In this document: one piece after another, positions 13,598 to 33,245 of the stretch
Layout of the letters: every line of letters starts with the position of its first letter
Numbering within the stretch: the stretch's first letter is position 1
NCBI RefSeq assembly: GCF_009914755.1
Contig: NC_060947.1
From: the human T2T-CHM13v2.0 reference genome, Homo sapiens
Reading direction: 5' to 3' (one strand)
Length of the DNA stretch: 64,000 nucleotides
Made by a program: the position numbers and the translations under genes
Notes under the pieces: generated by a model
Databases searched by the model: none
Told to the model about the DNA's origin: nothing
What the model saw: only the letters and a program-made list of their open reading frames with translations

Positions 13598-15587
13598 TTT
13601 GGTAGAATTCAGCAGTGAAGCCATCAGGTCTCATGCTTTTCTTTACTGGGAGACATTTTATTATGGCTTTGTTATAATTACTTGTTATTGGTGTGTTTGG
13701 GCACTAATGATCTTTGAATTTCTGCAGTATCAGTTGCAATGATTCCTTTATTATTGTTGACTTTATTTATTTGGGTTGTTTCTTTTTTTTCTTAGTCTGG
13801 GTAAAGGTTTGTCCATTTTGTTTAACTTTTCAAAACACCAACTTTTGTCATTGATCTTCTGTACTTTTTTATTCAATTTCATTTCTCTCTGCTCTGATCT
13901 TTATTTTTTCTTCTAATTTTGTGTTTCATTTGCTCTTGCTTTTCCAGTTCTTTATGATGCATCATTAGATTTTTTATTCTAAGTTTTTGTCTTTTTTCAA
14001 TGTAGGCACTTATTGCTGTAAATCCCCTCTTAGTACTGCTTTTGCTGTATCCCACAGGTTTTGGAATGTTGTATTTTTATTGTCATTTGTTTCAAGAAAT
14101 TATTTTTATTTTCTTCTTGATTTCTTCATTGATCCACTGGTGATTCAGGAGCATACTGTTTAATTTTCATATATATGCATGATTTCCAAAATTTCTCTTG
14201 TTATTGATTGTAGTTTTATTTCATTGGGTCAGAGAAGATGCTTGATATTATTTTAATTTTTATTCAATGTTTTAAGACTTGTTTTGTGACCTAACATGTG
14301 GTCTGTCTTTGAGAATAATAAATGTGCTAAGGAAAAGAATGTGTATTCTGCAATGAAATGTTCTATAAATATTAGATCCATTTGGTCTACAGTGCAGACT
14401 AAGTCTGAGAATTCTTTGTTGATTTTCTCTCTAGAAGATCTGTCCATTGCTGAAAGAGAGCTGTTGAAGTCTCTAGTAATTATTTTATTGAGGTATATCT
14501 CTCTCTATTAGCTTTAATAGTGTTTGATTTCTATACCTAGGTGTTCCAGTGTTGGTTGCATATACACTTAAAATATCTATATCCTCTTGCTGGATTGACC
14601 TCTTTATTATTATATAGTAACTTTCTTTGACTCTTCTTATAGTTTTTGTCTTGAAGTCTATTTTGATTGATATAAGCATAGCTATTCCTGCTTTTTTTAG
14701 TTTCCATTGGTATGGAATATCCTTTTCCATGCCTTAATTTTTAGTCTGTGCATCACATCATAGGTCAAGTTTGTTTCTTGTAACCAGCAGATCGATGGGT
14801 CTTGTTTTTTCATGCATTTAGCCAGTCTATGTCATTTGATTGAAGAGTTTAGTTCATTTACATTGACTGTTATTATTGATAAGTAAGAACTTACTCCTGC
14901 CATCTTGTTATTTGTTTTCTGGTCTTCTCTTCCTGCCATCTTGTTATTTGTTTTCTGATCTTCTTTTCCTTCTTTATTTCCTTACTGTTTTCCTCTAGTG
15001 AAGGTGATTTACTCTGATGATATGATTTAGTTTCTTATTTTTTTTTGTATTTATTGTACATTATTTGGTTTGAGGTTACCATGAGGCTTACAATTACTAT
15101 CTTATAACTCATTATTTTAACCTGATAATTTAACCCAATTTGCATAAACAGAAAAACAAACAGGAAAAAAACTTTTAAAAACTTTATGCCTTAATTTTGT
15201 CCTTTGGCTTTTTAACTTTTTTTCTATGTATATCTTATTGAACTGATTATGTCCTGAAAATTTGTAGTTATTATTTTTAATTGGCTCATCATTTAGTTTT
15301 TCTACTTGGAGTAAGAGTAGCTTACACACCACACTTTCAATATTGTAATATTCTGTGTTTTCTGTATACTTAACTATTACCAGAGAGTTTTGTACCTTCA
15401 AGAGGTTATTGCTCATTAACGTCCTTTTCTTTCTGACTGAAGAACTCCCTTTAGTATTTCCTGTAGGACAGGTCCAGCATTGATGAAATCCCTCAGCTTT
15501 TATTTCTCTGGGAAAGTCTTTATTTCTCCTTAAGGCTTGAAGGATATTTTCACCGAATATAGTATTCCAGGATAAAAGCTTTTTTCC

Positions 15588-15882
15588 AGATGGGCGTGGT
15601 GGTTCATGCCTGTAATCCCAGCACTTTGGGAGGCCGAGGTAGGTGGGCCAGGAGGTCAGGAGTTCAAGACCAGCCTGACCAACATGGTGAAACCCCATCT
15701 CTATTAAAAATACAAAAATTATCCAGGCATGGTGGCATGCACCTGTAATCCCAGCTACTCAGGAGGCTGAGGCAGGAGAATCTCTTGAACCCAAGAGGCG
15801 GAGTTTACAGTGAGCCAAGATCATGCCACTGTACTCCAGCCTGGATGACAGAGCGAGACTCCATCTCAAAAAAACAAAAAAA
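15588..15882 (+). mobile_element. AluS
   Basis: Dimeric Alu with A-rich linker and tail. Confidence 0.95.
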
Positions 15883-18800
15883 TGTTTTTTTCCTTTAGCA
15901 CATTAAAAATGTCATGCCACACTCCTGGCCTGTAAAATTTCCACTGAAAAGCTGCAAAACTTACTGGAGCTTCATTGTATGTTACCTGTTTCTTTTCTCT
16001 TGCAGCTTTTAGGATTCTTGCTTTGTCTTTGACCCCTGGAATTTGATTATTAAATGCCTTGAGATAGTCTTCTTTGGGGGTAAATCTGCTTGATGTTCTA
16101 TAACCTTCCTGTACTTGTATATATTTTTCTGTAGGTTTAGAAAGTTATCCACTATTCCTTTGAATACATTTTCTACAACTATCTTTCTCTACCTCCTCTC
16201 TAAGGCCAATAACTTAGATTTGCCCTTTTGGGGCTATTTCCTAGAAACTGTAGGTATGCTTTATTTTTTTAAATTCTTTTCTCTTTTGTCTCCTCTGACT
16301 GTGTATTTTTAAATATTTTGTCTTTAAGCTCACTAATTCTTTGTTCTGCTTGATCAATTCTGCCATGAAAAGACTCTGATGCATTCTTCAGTATGCCAAC
16401 TGCATTTCTCAGCTCCAGAATTTGTGCTTGGTTCTTTTAAATTATTTTAATCTCTGTTAAATTTACCTAAGAGAAGTTTGAATTCCTTCTCTGTGTTACA
16501 TTGAATTTCTTCAAGTCTCCTCAACACAGCTATTTTGAATTCTCTGTCTCACCTCAGAAGTCACATATCTCTGTTTCTCCAGGATGGGTCGCTGGTGCCT
16601 CAGTTAGTTCATTTGGTGAGGTCATGTTTTCCTGGAATGTGTTGGTGCTGGTAGGTGTTTTCCTGAGTGTCTGGGCATTAAAGAGCTAGATATTTATTGT
16701 AGTCTCCACTGTCAGGGCTTATTTGAAGCCATTTTTTTGGGGGTGGGGGAGGTTTTCCAGATATTTGAAAGGACTTGGGTGTTGTGATCTAAGCTCTATC
16801 TGCTTTAGAGGGTACCCCAAGCCCAGTAACCCTGTGGTTCTTGCAGACTTGTAGAGGGACCATCTTTATGGTCTTGAACAAGATCTGGGAGAATTCTTTG
16901 GATTACCAAACAGAGACTATTGTACTCTTTCCTTACTTTCTCCCAAACAGAGTCTCACTCTCTGTTCTGAGCCACCTAAAACTGGGGGTAGAGTAATACA
17001 AGCACCCTTGTCGCCAACACCACTATGACTGCACTGGGTCAGACCTGAAACCAGCACAGAACTGGGTCTTGCCCAAGGCTCTCTTTAACCACTCCCTGGC
17101 TACTGCCTATGTTTACTCAAGGTCCTGGGACTCTACAATCACCATGCCAGTATTTTTCCCTTCAGGGCAACAAGGTCCCCCAGGCCTCAGATGTGTCCAG
17201 AGATGCAGCCCAGAAGTCAGGGACTTGAGTCAAAAACCTCAGAAGTCTACCTGGTGTGCTATGGTATTGTGGTGGAACTGGCACTCAAACCACAAGACAC
17301 AGTCCTTCTACCTGTTCTCTCCTCTTTCCAAAGTCGGAGAAGCCTCACTCCATAGTCACCACCATGCCAACCCACAAGGGGTACTGGGGTACTGCCAGAC
17401 TGCCGCCAATGTTTCCTTTAGTCCCAAGGGCTCTTAAGTCAGATTTTGGGGAATGCTGCCTGGCCTGGGACTCACCTTTCAGGGCAGTGAGCTCCCCTCT
17501 GACCCAAGGCAGGCCCAGAAATGCTGTCCAAGAGTCAAGTCCTGGAATCAGGGACTCCAAGAGCCCACTTTGTGCTCTACCCCTTGGTGGCCATGTTGGT
17601 ACTTAAGGTGCAAGACAAAGTTCTCCTTACTTTGCCCTCTGCTTTTCTCAAGCAGGAGTTTTGCCCTGTAGCCACCACAGCTGGTAATGTGCTGAGTTTC
17701 ACCTGACATCAGCAAGTCTCAGAGGCTCACTCAAGGTCCTCAATGTAGTACCTGGATATTGCTGCTGTTTATTCAGAGCCCAAGGGCTCTTCAGTTAGCA
17801 AGTGATGAATGCTGCCAGCACTGTCCTTTCCTACAAAGCAGTGGGTTCCCTTCTGGTGCAGGGTGTGTCTAGAAATGTTGTCTGGTAGCTACAGCCTGAA
17901 ACAGGGGCCTCATGACTCTGACTAGTGGCCATCCTGCTGTGGCTGAGCTGGTATCCTAGATGCAAGACAAAGTCTTCCCTACTCATCCCTCTCCCTTCCT
18001 CAAGTGGAAGGAAGGGGAGTCTTTTGGAGCTGTGTAGCCTTCAGTTAGAAGAGGAGTAATGCTAGCACTTTCTTGGCTGCCCCAGTTTGTGTCTCAGTGT
18101 GTTGCATACTGAGACAATCCACTGTCAATCCATTGTCTTCCCAATCCACTGTCTCTGAGACCTCCCCAGTTCACTGTCTCTGAGACTAGTTCAGCACTAG
18201 GACTCACCTAAGAGTTGCAGTCCTTATGGCCTAGATTGCCTTTCAAGTTTACTTGGAGATACAGAGTGCTGTAGAGGGACCGTGGTGGCAAGGATTGTAG
18301 GCACTCAAATTTGGACCACTGGAATTGGTCATCCCCTCTGGCTAAGGCTGGTTTAAATGTTCCTTCCATGGGCAGGCATCAGCTGAGTTTCATCTGGTTT
18401 TCCTTTCTTCTCTAACTAAAGAGCACTGAGTTCAGTGCCTCACAATTGCTGTATTCTCTCTCCTCAGCACTCAGAGGTGCTCTCCACACCACGCTGCTGC
18501 TGCCAGGGATGGGGGAGGGGAGGCGTTGGCAATTCAGGGCTGCTTTGTCTATTTCTTCAGTGCCTCTGAAGTTAAAACCAGGTACTATGAGTGCTCACCT
18601 GATTTTTTGTTTTTATGAAGGTGTTTTTCTCTGTGTAGATGGTGATTAACTTGGTGTCCTTGTAGGGGGGATGATCAGTAAAGGTTTGTATTTCACCATC
18701 TTGCTCTGCCTCAGAAACCCTTTGGGGATTTCCATTTTTAAAAAAAGTAATGTCACCTACAAACAGAGACAATTTAACTTCATTTCTGATTCTGGTGCCT

Positions 18801-21800
18801 TTTTATGTCTTTTTCTTTTGCTTGGCTAATTGCTCTGGCTATATCTTCCAGTACAATATTGAATAGAAGTATAAATGTGAGTACCATTGTCTTGTTTCTG
18901 ATCTTGGAAGAAAAAGTGAAAGGTTCACTGTTGAATATGATATTAGCTCAGGGCTTGTCATGTTTGTCCTCTATTATGTTGAGGTGCAGTCCTACTTCAC
19001 TTTATTGAGATTTTTTATTATGAAGGAATGTTGAATTTTCTTACTGCTTTTTCTGCATCTATTTAGATAATCACATAGTTTTTATTTTTCATTTTTTTAA
19101 CATGGCATGCCATATTTATTGATTTGCATAGGTTGATCCATCCTCATATCACAAGGATGAATTACACTTGGTCATGGCGTATGATTCTTTTTATATGCTG
19201 TTTAATTTGGTGTTTAGTATTTTGTTGAGGATTTTTGCTCTATGTTTACCAGGAATATTGGCTTGTAGTTACATTTTCCTTTAACGTATCCTAATTTGGC
19301 TTTAGTATGAGGGTAATACTGGCCTCATAAAATGAGATAAAATGAGATTAAAAATGTTACTTCTTCTTGAAATTTTTGGGGAGTTTGAGAAGAATTATTG
19401 TTTATTCTTTTTTTAAATGCTTGATAGAACTCACCTGTAAATCCATCTGGTTCTGGGGATTTTCTTGTTGGGAGGTTTCTGACTAGGGCTTTGATCTCCC
19501 TACTTGCTATTGGTCTATACAGATTTTTCACTTCTTCCTGATTCATTTGTGGTAAGTTGTATGTTTCTAGGAATTTATCTGTTTAGTCTAGGTTATCTAA
19601 TTTGTGGTATATAATCGTTCATTATAGCTTAAGATCATTTGTTTTGTAGGGTATCAGTTGTAATGTCTTCTCTTTCATTTCTAATTTTATTTATTTAACT
19701 CTTCTCTTAGTCTAGCTAAAGATTTGTCAGTTTTGTATTTCTTTTCAAAAAATCCACTATTAGTGGTATTGATCTATTCTATTGTCTTTTTAGCGTCTAT
19801 TTTATTTATTTTTGCTTTGATCTCTGTTGTTTACTTTTTCTGCTATCCTTGGACTTAGATTGTTCTTCTTTTTTTAGTTCTTTGGGGTGTAAATTTAGGT
19901 CATTTATTTGTGATCTCTCTTTTCTCTCAAGGTAGGGGTTTGTTGCTATAAACTTCCCTTTTAGAACTGTTTTTGCTGCATCCCATAAGTTTTGAAATGT
20001 TTATTTTCATTTCCATTGTCTCAAGTTATTTTTTTAACTCCCTTTTGTTTTATGTTTGGCTCATTTGTTTTATGTTTGGCTCATTAGGTTTGGCAACATA
20101 GTTATTCAGGACTATGCTGTTTAATTTTCACATATTAGTGAATTTTCTAAAATTTCTCCTGTTACTGACTTCTAATTTTATGCCATTGTTGATGCAAAGA
20201 TATAATTTCAATTTTAGATTTGTTAAGACTTATTTTGTGGCCTAACACGTGATCTCCTGGAAAATGTTCTATATGCACTTGAAAAGAATGGAATATTCTT
20301 TATGTCTGTTAGGTCCATTTGGTCTGTAGTGTTATTCAAATCTGCTGTTTCATTATTGACTTTCTGTATGATGATCTATCTATTGCTAAAAGTGGAGAAT
20401 TGAAGTCTCCTGCTATTTTTGTATTGCTGTATATTTCCCCCCTTATTTAATATTTGCTTCATATATTTAAATGCTGTGATGTTGGGTACATATGTATTTA
20501 TAGTTGTGGTTTTCTCTTAATGAATTGACCCTCTTTTTACTATACAGTAACCTTCTTTGTCTCTCGTGACAGATTCTGACTAAAAGTCTGTTTTTGTCTA
20601 ATACTCTCCTTTGGTTACCATTTGCTTGAAATATCTTTTTTTATTCCTTCATTTTCAGCCATTGTGTGTCATTAAAGATAATGTTCTTGTTGGCAGCATA
20701 TTTTTAGATATTCTTAAAAATCCATTCAGCCACTGTCTTTTGATTGGAGAATTTAATCAAAGTATTTGTTGATAGGCAGGGACTTACTATTGTCAGTTCT
20801 GTTTTTACTTTTATTTTAGTAGCTTTTGTGGTACGAGTGGTTTTTGGTTACAGGAATGAATTGTATAGTGGTGAAGTCAAGAGTCTAGTGCAACTATCAC
20901 CCAAGTAGTGTACATTGTACAATATGTAGTTTTTTATCCTTCACTCCCCTCCCACTCTCCCTTCTTCTGAGTCTCCAATGTCCACTGTGCCACTCGGTAT
21001 GCATTTGTATACCCATACTTTAGCTCCCACTTGTAAGTGAGAACGTATGGTATTTGGTTTTCTACTACTGAATTACTTTGAATAATGGCCTCCAGCTCCA
21101 TCTAAGTGGCTGCAAAATACATTATTTCATTTTTTATGGCTGTGTAGTATTCCATGGTGTATATATACCACATCCTCCTCATCTACTAATTGGCTTAGGC
21201 ACATAGGTTGTTTTCATATCTTTGCAATTGTAAATTGTGCTGTGATAAACATACACATGCAGGTATCTTTTTGGTATAATGGCTTATTTTCCTTTGGGTA
21301 GATAACTAGCAGTGTGATTGCTGGCTCAAATGGTAGATCTGCTTTTAGTTTTTTGAGAAAACTCCACCCTGTTTTCCATAGAGGTTGTACTAATTTACAT
21401 TCCTACCAGCAGTGTATAAGTGTTCCCTTTTCACCACATCCATGTCAACTTATTGAATTTTTAATAATGGCCTTTCTGGCTAAAGTTAGGTGGTATCTCA
21501 TTGTGGTTTTAGTTTGCATTTCCTGATGATTAATGGTATTGAGAATTTTTTTTCATATATTTGTTGGCCATTTGTATTTTTTGAGAAGTATCTACTCATG
21601 TCATTTTTTCACTTTTTGATGGGATTATTTGTTTTCTTCTTGCTGATTTGAGTTCCTTGTAGATTCTGCACATTAGTCCTTTGTTGGATGCATAGTTTGT
21701 AAAAATTTTCTCCCATTCTGAGGGGTGTTTGTTTACTGTGATGATTATTTCTTTGTGCAGAAGCTTTTTAGTTTCATTAGGTCACATTTATTTATTTTTG

Positions 21801-22355
21801 TTTTTGTTGCATTTGCTTTTGAGGTCTTAGTCATTAATTATTTGCCCAGGTAAATGTACAGAAGAGTTTTTCTAAGCATTTCTTCTAGAATTTTTATGGG
21901 TTCAGGTCTTAGATTTAAGTCTTTAACTCATCTTCAGTTGGTTTTTGTATATGAAGATGGAGAACCAGTTTTATTATTCTACATGTAGCTATCCAGTTTT
22001 CCCAGCACCATTTATTGAACAGGGTTTTCTTTCCTCAATTTATGTTTCTGCATGCTTTGTCAAAGATCGCTTGATTGTAAGTGTTTGTTTGACTTTATTT
22101 CTGTATTCATTCTCTATTCTGTTCTACTGGCTGATATATCTACTTTTATACCAGTACCATGCTGTTTTTATTACTACAACCTTGTAGTATAATTTAAAGT
22201 CAGGTAATGTGATGCCTCCAGATTTTTTCTTTTTTCCTAGGATTGCTTTGGCTATTCATGCTCTTTTTTGATCCCATGTGAATTTTAGGGTTGTTTTTTC
22301 TAATTCTGTGAAAATTGATGTTGGTATTTTGTTAGGAATTGCATTAAATCTGTAG

Positions 22356-22750
<395 letters not shown>

Positions 22751-23492
22751 TGTGTCATCTACAGTTTCTTTCAGCAGTAGTTTGTAGTCCTCTTTGTAGA
22801 GATCTTTCACTTTCCTGGTTAAGTACATTCCTGGAGGTTTTTTTTTTTTTTTTTTTTTTGCAGCTATTGTAAAAGGGATTGAGTTGTTTATTTGACTCTC
22901 AGCTTAGTCATTGGTGGTGGATAGCAGTGCTACTTATTTGTGTACATTGATTTTGTAACCTAAAACTTTACTGAATTTATTTATCATACCTAGGAGTCTT
23001 TTGGAGGAGTCTTTGGGGTTTTCTAGGTATGCGATCATATTATCAGTAAACAGAAATAGAGGGCATTCAAATTGGAAAAGAGAAAGAATCTATATCCTTT
23101 TCCTGATTAATCTGGCAAGGACTTCTAGTACTGTGTTGAATAGAAGTAATGCAAGTGGATATCCTTGTCTTGTTCTAGTTTTTATAGGGAATGCTTTCAA
23201 CTTTTCCCCCATTCAGTATGATGTTGGCTATAAATTTGTCATATATGGCTATTATTATTTTGGGGTATGTCCCTTCTATGCCCAGTTTGTTGAGGATTAT
23301 TATCATAATGGGATCCTGGATTTTATTAAATGCTTTTTCTCAGTCTATTGAGATGATCATATGGTTTTTGTTTTTAATTCTATTTATGTGGTGAATCACA
23401 TTATTGAATTGCATATGTTGAACCATCCCTTCATCCCTGGGATAAAACCCACTTGATCATGATGAATTATCTTTTTGATGTGCTGTTGGATT

Positions 23493-24079
23493 TGTTAGAG
23501 TTTGTAGACAGATATACATAAGAAAGAAAGGCAGCCCTGGAGGAAGGAAGCCCTGGAAACATTGCCCCACTAGCAATCAATGCTTCCCTAGCAGTTAGGA
23601 TTTTTTAAAAAGCCAATAGCCACATCTAGACTTGTGGTTATGCTTATGCAGCCCCAACCAAGACTTATCCGTAACAGGAAATGACTGTAGTAGGGACTTT
23701 TCCCAGTGGCTAGCACGCACACCTCAACTTGGCAGTGTCACCCTAAAGGTAACATTTTGCTCATTATAATAGTAAGAAACACACCCCTAGGTCGAGATTT
23801 AAGATGCTAATAAGACATGCCCAGGGGACCACCCAAAACGTGCTTGCTAATAACACTCCTTCACACCATTCATGAATAATCCTGTGAGACTCTCGTAAGA
23901 GAGCCTCCCCGTGCCTATCTGGGCTGTCTCATTCTTAAGCAGCCCACTCTAACTCAGCATTCAGGGTATATTTTCACTTTAAATAAACTTTCCTAGTCTT
24001 AACTGTAACTGCTTTTCTCTTGGTTGAATTCTTTCTTCCAAGAAGACAAGAACCAAGGACCCTCTGCTTCCTGATATTA
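23493..24079 (+). mobile_element. Solo ERV1 LTR (MER50-like)
   Basis: Starts tgttagag, has AATAAA at ~23982, and a 4-bp TSD gatt (23489-23492 and 24080-24083). Confidence 0.75.
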
Positions 24080-25924
24080 GATTTAGTTTGCTAGTATTTT
24101 GTTGAGGATGTTTGCATCTATGTTCATCAGGAATATTGGTCTGTAGTTTTCATTTTTATTATGTTATTTCCTGTCTTTGGTATCAGGGTGATACTGTCCT
24201 CATAGAATGAGTTAGGAAGGATTTCCTTTTTCTCAGTCTTTTGGAGTGGTTTCAGTAGAATTGGTACCAATTCTTCTTTGAAGATCTGATAGAATTCAGC
24301 GTGAATCCATCTGACCCTAGGCTTTTTTTATTGTTGGCATTTTTTTTTATTACTAATTCACCCTCACTGCTTGTTGCTGGTCTGTTCTGAATTTCTATTA
24401 TTTCTTCCTGATTTAAGCTAAGGGTTGTATATTTTCAGAAATTTACCCATTTCCTCTAGATTTTCTAGTTTGTGTGCATAGAGGTGTTCATAGTAGTCTT
24501 GAATGATCTTTTATATTTCTGTGGTGTTAGTTGTAATGTTCTCCATTTTTATTTCTACTTGAACTTATTTGAATTTTCTCTCTTCATTTCTCTGTTATTC
24601 TAGCTAATGGGCTATCAATTTTGCTTATCTTTTCAGAAACTGAACTTTTGTTTCATTAATTTTTTGTATTTTTTGTACCCATTTCATTTAGTTTTGCTTT
24701 GATCTTTGTTATTTCTTTTCTTCTGCTAGCTTTGGGTTCAGTTTATTCTTATTTCTCTAATTCCTTGTGGTGTGACATTAAGTTGTCAATTTGTGACCTT
24801 TCAGACTTTTTGATGTAGGCATTTCGTGATATAAACTTTCCTCTTAGCATTGCTTTTGCTGTATCCCAGAGGATTTTATAACTTGGGTTACTATTATCAT
24901 TTACTTTGAAGAATTTTGAAATTTCCATCTTGATTTCAGGTGCATATATGTTTAAGATGGTATTATAATATCTTCTTGTTGCATTGATCCTTTTATCATT
25001 ATATAATGACTTTTTGTCTTGTTTTAGTGTTGTTGCTTTAAAGCCTGTTTTATATAAGAATACCTGCTACTGCTTGCTTTTGATTTCCATTTGCATGCAA
25101 TACCTTTTTCTACTCCTTTACTGTGAGTTTATAAGAATCATTACATATTAGGTGAATGTTTTGAAAATATTTAGTTTGTGACATTTTTTATCCATTCTGC
25201 CAATCTTTATTTTTTAAGTGAAGCATTTAGGCCATTTACATTCAATGTTAATATTGAGATATAAGATACTGTTCCAGAGATACTTTGTTTTCTTCATTGT
25301 GGTACTGTTTCATACACTCTGTGAGTCTTATGCTTTGAAGAGGTTCTATTCTGGTACATATGGAACTTTGGTTTCAAGATGTAGAAATCCTTTTAGCATT
25401 TCTTGTAAGTCTGGTCTGGTAGTGACCAATTTCCTCAGTATTTGCTTGTCTGAAAAATACTTTCTTTCTCCTTCATTTATAAAACTTAGTTTTATGGGAT
25501 ACAAAATTATTGACTGACAGTTATTCTATTTAAGGGGGCTAAATATAAGACCTTAATCACTTCTGGCTTGTAAGGTTTCTTCTGAGAAGTCTGCTGTTAA
25601 TCTAATAGAATTTTCTTTATAGGTTATGTGATGCTTTTGTCTCACTGCTTTTAGAGTTCTTTTCTACACTCTGATTTTAGATAGCCTGATGACTACATGC
25701 TTCAGTGATGTTCTTTTTGAAAGGAATCTCCCAGGAGTTCTTTGAACTTCTTGTATTTGGATGTCTAAACCTCTAGCAAGGCCCAGAAATTTTCTTCAAT
25801 TATTCCCTCAAATAAATGTTCCAAACTCTTTTTTTTTCCTCCCTCAGGAACACCAGTGATTTTTATGTTTGGCCATTTTACATAATTTCACATTTCTTGG
25901 AGACTTTGTTCATTTCTTTTGATT

Positions 25925-29370
<3,446 letters not shown>

Positions 29371-29807
29371 ATATTCTTCCTTCTTAATTTTTGTCTGATT
29401 GAGTTAATTCAAAAGCCTTGTCTTCAAGCTCTGAAATTATTTCTTCTACTTGGTGTAGTCTATTGTTAAATCCACTGCATTTTGTAGTTTTCAAAATGTA
29501 TATTCCATTTCCAAAAGTTCTGATTTTTTAAAAAAATATATCTATTTCTTTTAAAAAATTTTATTTGTATTTTGAACTTTTTTAACTTTCTTTAGGTTTA
29601 CTTCCACCTTTCTCTTGTGTCTCCTTGAGTAACTTAAAAACCAACCTTTTGAATTCTTTATCTGGTATTTCAGAGATTTTTGTCTTGGTTTGGATCCATT
29701 GCTGGAGAGCTAGCATGATCTTTGGGGGGAGCTATAGAACCTGTTTTGTCATATTTCCAGAATTATTTTTCTGATTCCATCTCATTTAGGTAGACTATTT
29801 CTTCTAA

Positions 29808-30185
<378 letters not shown>

Positions 30186-32679
30186 GATTATAGTTTATTG
30201 TAACCTAATTTGGCTCTGAGTGTTGGAGGTAAAGATTTGGTATGAGTTCCTTGGTTATAGAGAGTCTTTACGTCATTGCTTACTCAGATGCTGGTTGTAG
30301 TAGCAATATTCTCAATGTGTGAGCAGGTTTACTGTCTCCTGTAGGGTTGAAATAGCAGAGGTCATTTGAAACTTCTTTATCCCCAGTGGTGTGTACTTTT
30401 TTATTGATTTATTTTTTTCTCAGTATTTTATTTACTAGGTTGAATAGTTCAGTCTTCAGGGCAGTAGGGGATGGTGTCTACAGGTGAAAACTGGCTGTGG
30501 CTAAAGCAGGTAGGTAAACACAATACCCAGTAGTGGGCAGACAACCCAACCTTGACAGAGGTGGCTGGGGGAGCTCTCAGTGAAACACACCAAGGTCCTT
30601 TCATGGGAGAAGGAAGAAAGCCATCTTGCTCCCCTGCCAGGCCAGCAAGAAAACAATCTGCCTCCCAGTCACACTCCTGACACAGTGTTCCTGCTATTCA
30701 GATCAGACAGGTACCTCTTTTAATCTGCAGGAATGCTTATGTTTAATGTAGAGAGGGATGGTGGCTCTACTAGTGCAAGCCTGAACCTGCAAGGCACTCC
30801 TTTTTGGGGGATGCTATCACCCTGAAGTGCTTCAGGAAGGCTGTTTACATGTTCACCCATGCTAAGTTCCCATGGGAGAAGCTGCAGCTGTGTCTGCAGT
30901 GCTAAGTAAGGGGAAGAGAAAGTCCCCTTCTCCAAGACCCTTCACAAGTACCAGGGCTGCCAGACTATCGTGGTAGAGCCACATAACTTTCCACACTGAG
31001 CTCAGTCCTGCACTTGTGCCTCTGCTGATAGAAACTTCCCACAAGCAGAAAGTTCAGGGACTCAAGGCTTGCCTTCTGGATTATTTTGTCAAACAGGGTG
31101 CTCTCTTGATGGGGTTCACTCCCCGCTTTCTTCCAGGAGCAGGAGTCCCTGAGTGTCAGATTACAGTGAATGCTGCTGCTCCTCTGAGTCTAGCTGTTCA
31201 GTGGGGATTCCATATGCCATGCTGGTGCTGGAGAATGTCTACAAGGGATCTAGTGATATGACCTCTCCCAGCCATCATACAAAGTCTCCCAGCAGCGGGT
31301 ACCAGCATCAGCTCTGATGGGGGTGGCAGGGGAGTGATATAGACTCTGTGAGATTCCTTGGTTATAAATAGACTTAGAGTGTTGGCTTTCTCAACTGCAA
31401 GCTATAATAGTAATAAACTGGTCACATGGACAGACTCAGGACCTCCTACTTAGCCAGAGTGATGCAGGCAATGATGATAGCTTAGAACATGCCCAAGTTT
31501 TCTCCTTGCTAGGTGCTGTGTTATTCTGCCTGCAGGTGCTGTAATGGACTATGTTGGTTGGCCTCCAGCCAGGAGGTGGCACTTGCAAAAGAGCACCAGC
31601 TGCTGTGGTAGCAGTGGGATTTGTACTTGCCTTTTATTACCCAGGGGAGGTACTCTGGTATCTCAGGCAATGAGCAGGGCCATAGACTTCTCAAAATTTT
31701 CTTTCCTTTGTGTTAAGATACCAGGGTAGGTGGAGGGGCAAAGCTATGTGGGGGCTGGGTCAGACAAGTCAAACACTCTGGCTCTCCACATGTGAGTGCC
31801 AGCAGTGGCCCTAGTGGTTTGGAGGATAGTTTTCTGGCCACCAGGGTAATGTTCCAGGGAAGACTACAGCTGTCTCTGCTGCACGGAAGAATCCATATGG
31901 GGAATAGAGATTAGCAGGCAGCAGTAAGCTAAGCCCCACCTAGCTCCCATGCACTTAGCAAAGCAGGCCTCACACCAACATTATTCCGCTAGCAGCAGCT
32001 AGCTAGATTCTAGACAGTCTGCCTTCAAAACTCAAAACTGCCCTAGGCCATAAGCCTTCCCCAGGGAGACATAAACTGTAGCTATGGGGCTATATCTTTC
32101 CCAGTCTGCCCACAAAGCAGGGACAACCAGCTCCTGAACCCATGTCTACAGTTTACTTCCTACTTGCCCCCTCGGTTCTGGATTATATCATGAAGCTCAG
32201 TTGGGAGCTTCTCTCAACCTGTGAACACTACTTGAGTTAGCTGGCAGACTTCTGTGAGGTCCTGTGTGAGGTAGGATCAGGAATGGCTTCCCTCCATCTC
32301 TGCTGGAGAATGGAAATGCATGCAAGGCACGTCCTGTTTCTGCTACTTATAATATACTCCCCACCAGTCACTAAATAAGTTCCAGTGCTGGTAGAGTTAA
32401 GTTCATCCCCTGTGGCCTGAATTGCTGGGTTCCCAGTGGGAGTGTGTATCCTGGAGGCAGTTTATCCCCCTCTCACATTCTGGGACTTAGTTTTCTGCCT
32501 GGCTCACAGTGTAGGCTGCAGCCCAACACTTCTTTCAAAGGGTATGTGGTTTCTTTCACTTTTCCTTTTAAGTTTCTGTGTTGCTTCTTGGGAAAAAAAA
32601 ATGTTCATAGTGTAAATCTCTACACATTGTTTTGTCTTTGCAAGTGGGAGAGTAATTTAAAAAACTATTGGCATTTTAA

Positions 32680-32858
32680 ATTTTTATTTATTTATTTTTG
32701 GAGAACACTGTCTTGCTATGTTGTCCAGGCTGAATTGCAGCAGCTATTAATAGGCACAATCATAGCACACTACAGCCCCACACTATTAACCTCAAGCAAT
32801 CCTCACACCTCATCCTCCTCAGTAGCTGGGACCACAGACATGTGTCACCGTTGCTGGC
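32680..32858 (-). mobile_element. Alu monomer (FAM/FLAM-like)
   Basis: Single diverged 7SL-derived arm with T-tail. Confidence 0.7.
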
Positions 32859-33245
32859 TTTATTGTCAATTTTAGCATTGTTTTATGTTTGTAGTTTCTT
32901 TGTTACTTTATTCCTCTCTTGCTGTCTTCCTTCATACTTTAATGATTTTTTTTGTAGTGGTATGTTTTTATTTCTTTCTCTTTATCTTTTATGTATCTAC
33001 TAGAGCTTTTCTTTTTGTTGTTACCATCAGGCTTATATAAAACATCTTAAGGTTATAACAGTCTATTTTAAGCTGAAAGCAACCTAACTTAAACCACATA
33101 TAAAAACTCTACAATAAAGGATTGAGGGCCTGATGGGTAGTTTTTGGGTCATGGGACACCAACCTCATAAATGATTAATGCTGTTATCATGGAAGTGTGT
33201 TCATTGTTGTGGGAATGGGATACTTATAAAATGACAAATTTGACC

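Larger units (their letters stand above)
10765..18713 (-). mobile_element. Near full-length L1MA (L1MA1-3-like) with long 5'UTR
   Basis: Continuous 3'UTR, ORF2 ([13 protein letters not shown]), ORF1 and GC-richer 5'UTR. 5' end reverse complement gaggcagagcaagatgg at ~18696-18712. Confidence 0.85.

Noticed and set aside
15117-15698. 193-aa ORF and similar Alu/L1-derived ORFs across the window
   Set aside because: These are translations of antisense Alu and L1 fragments with no evidence of independent genes.
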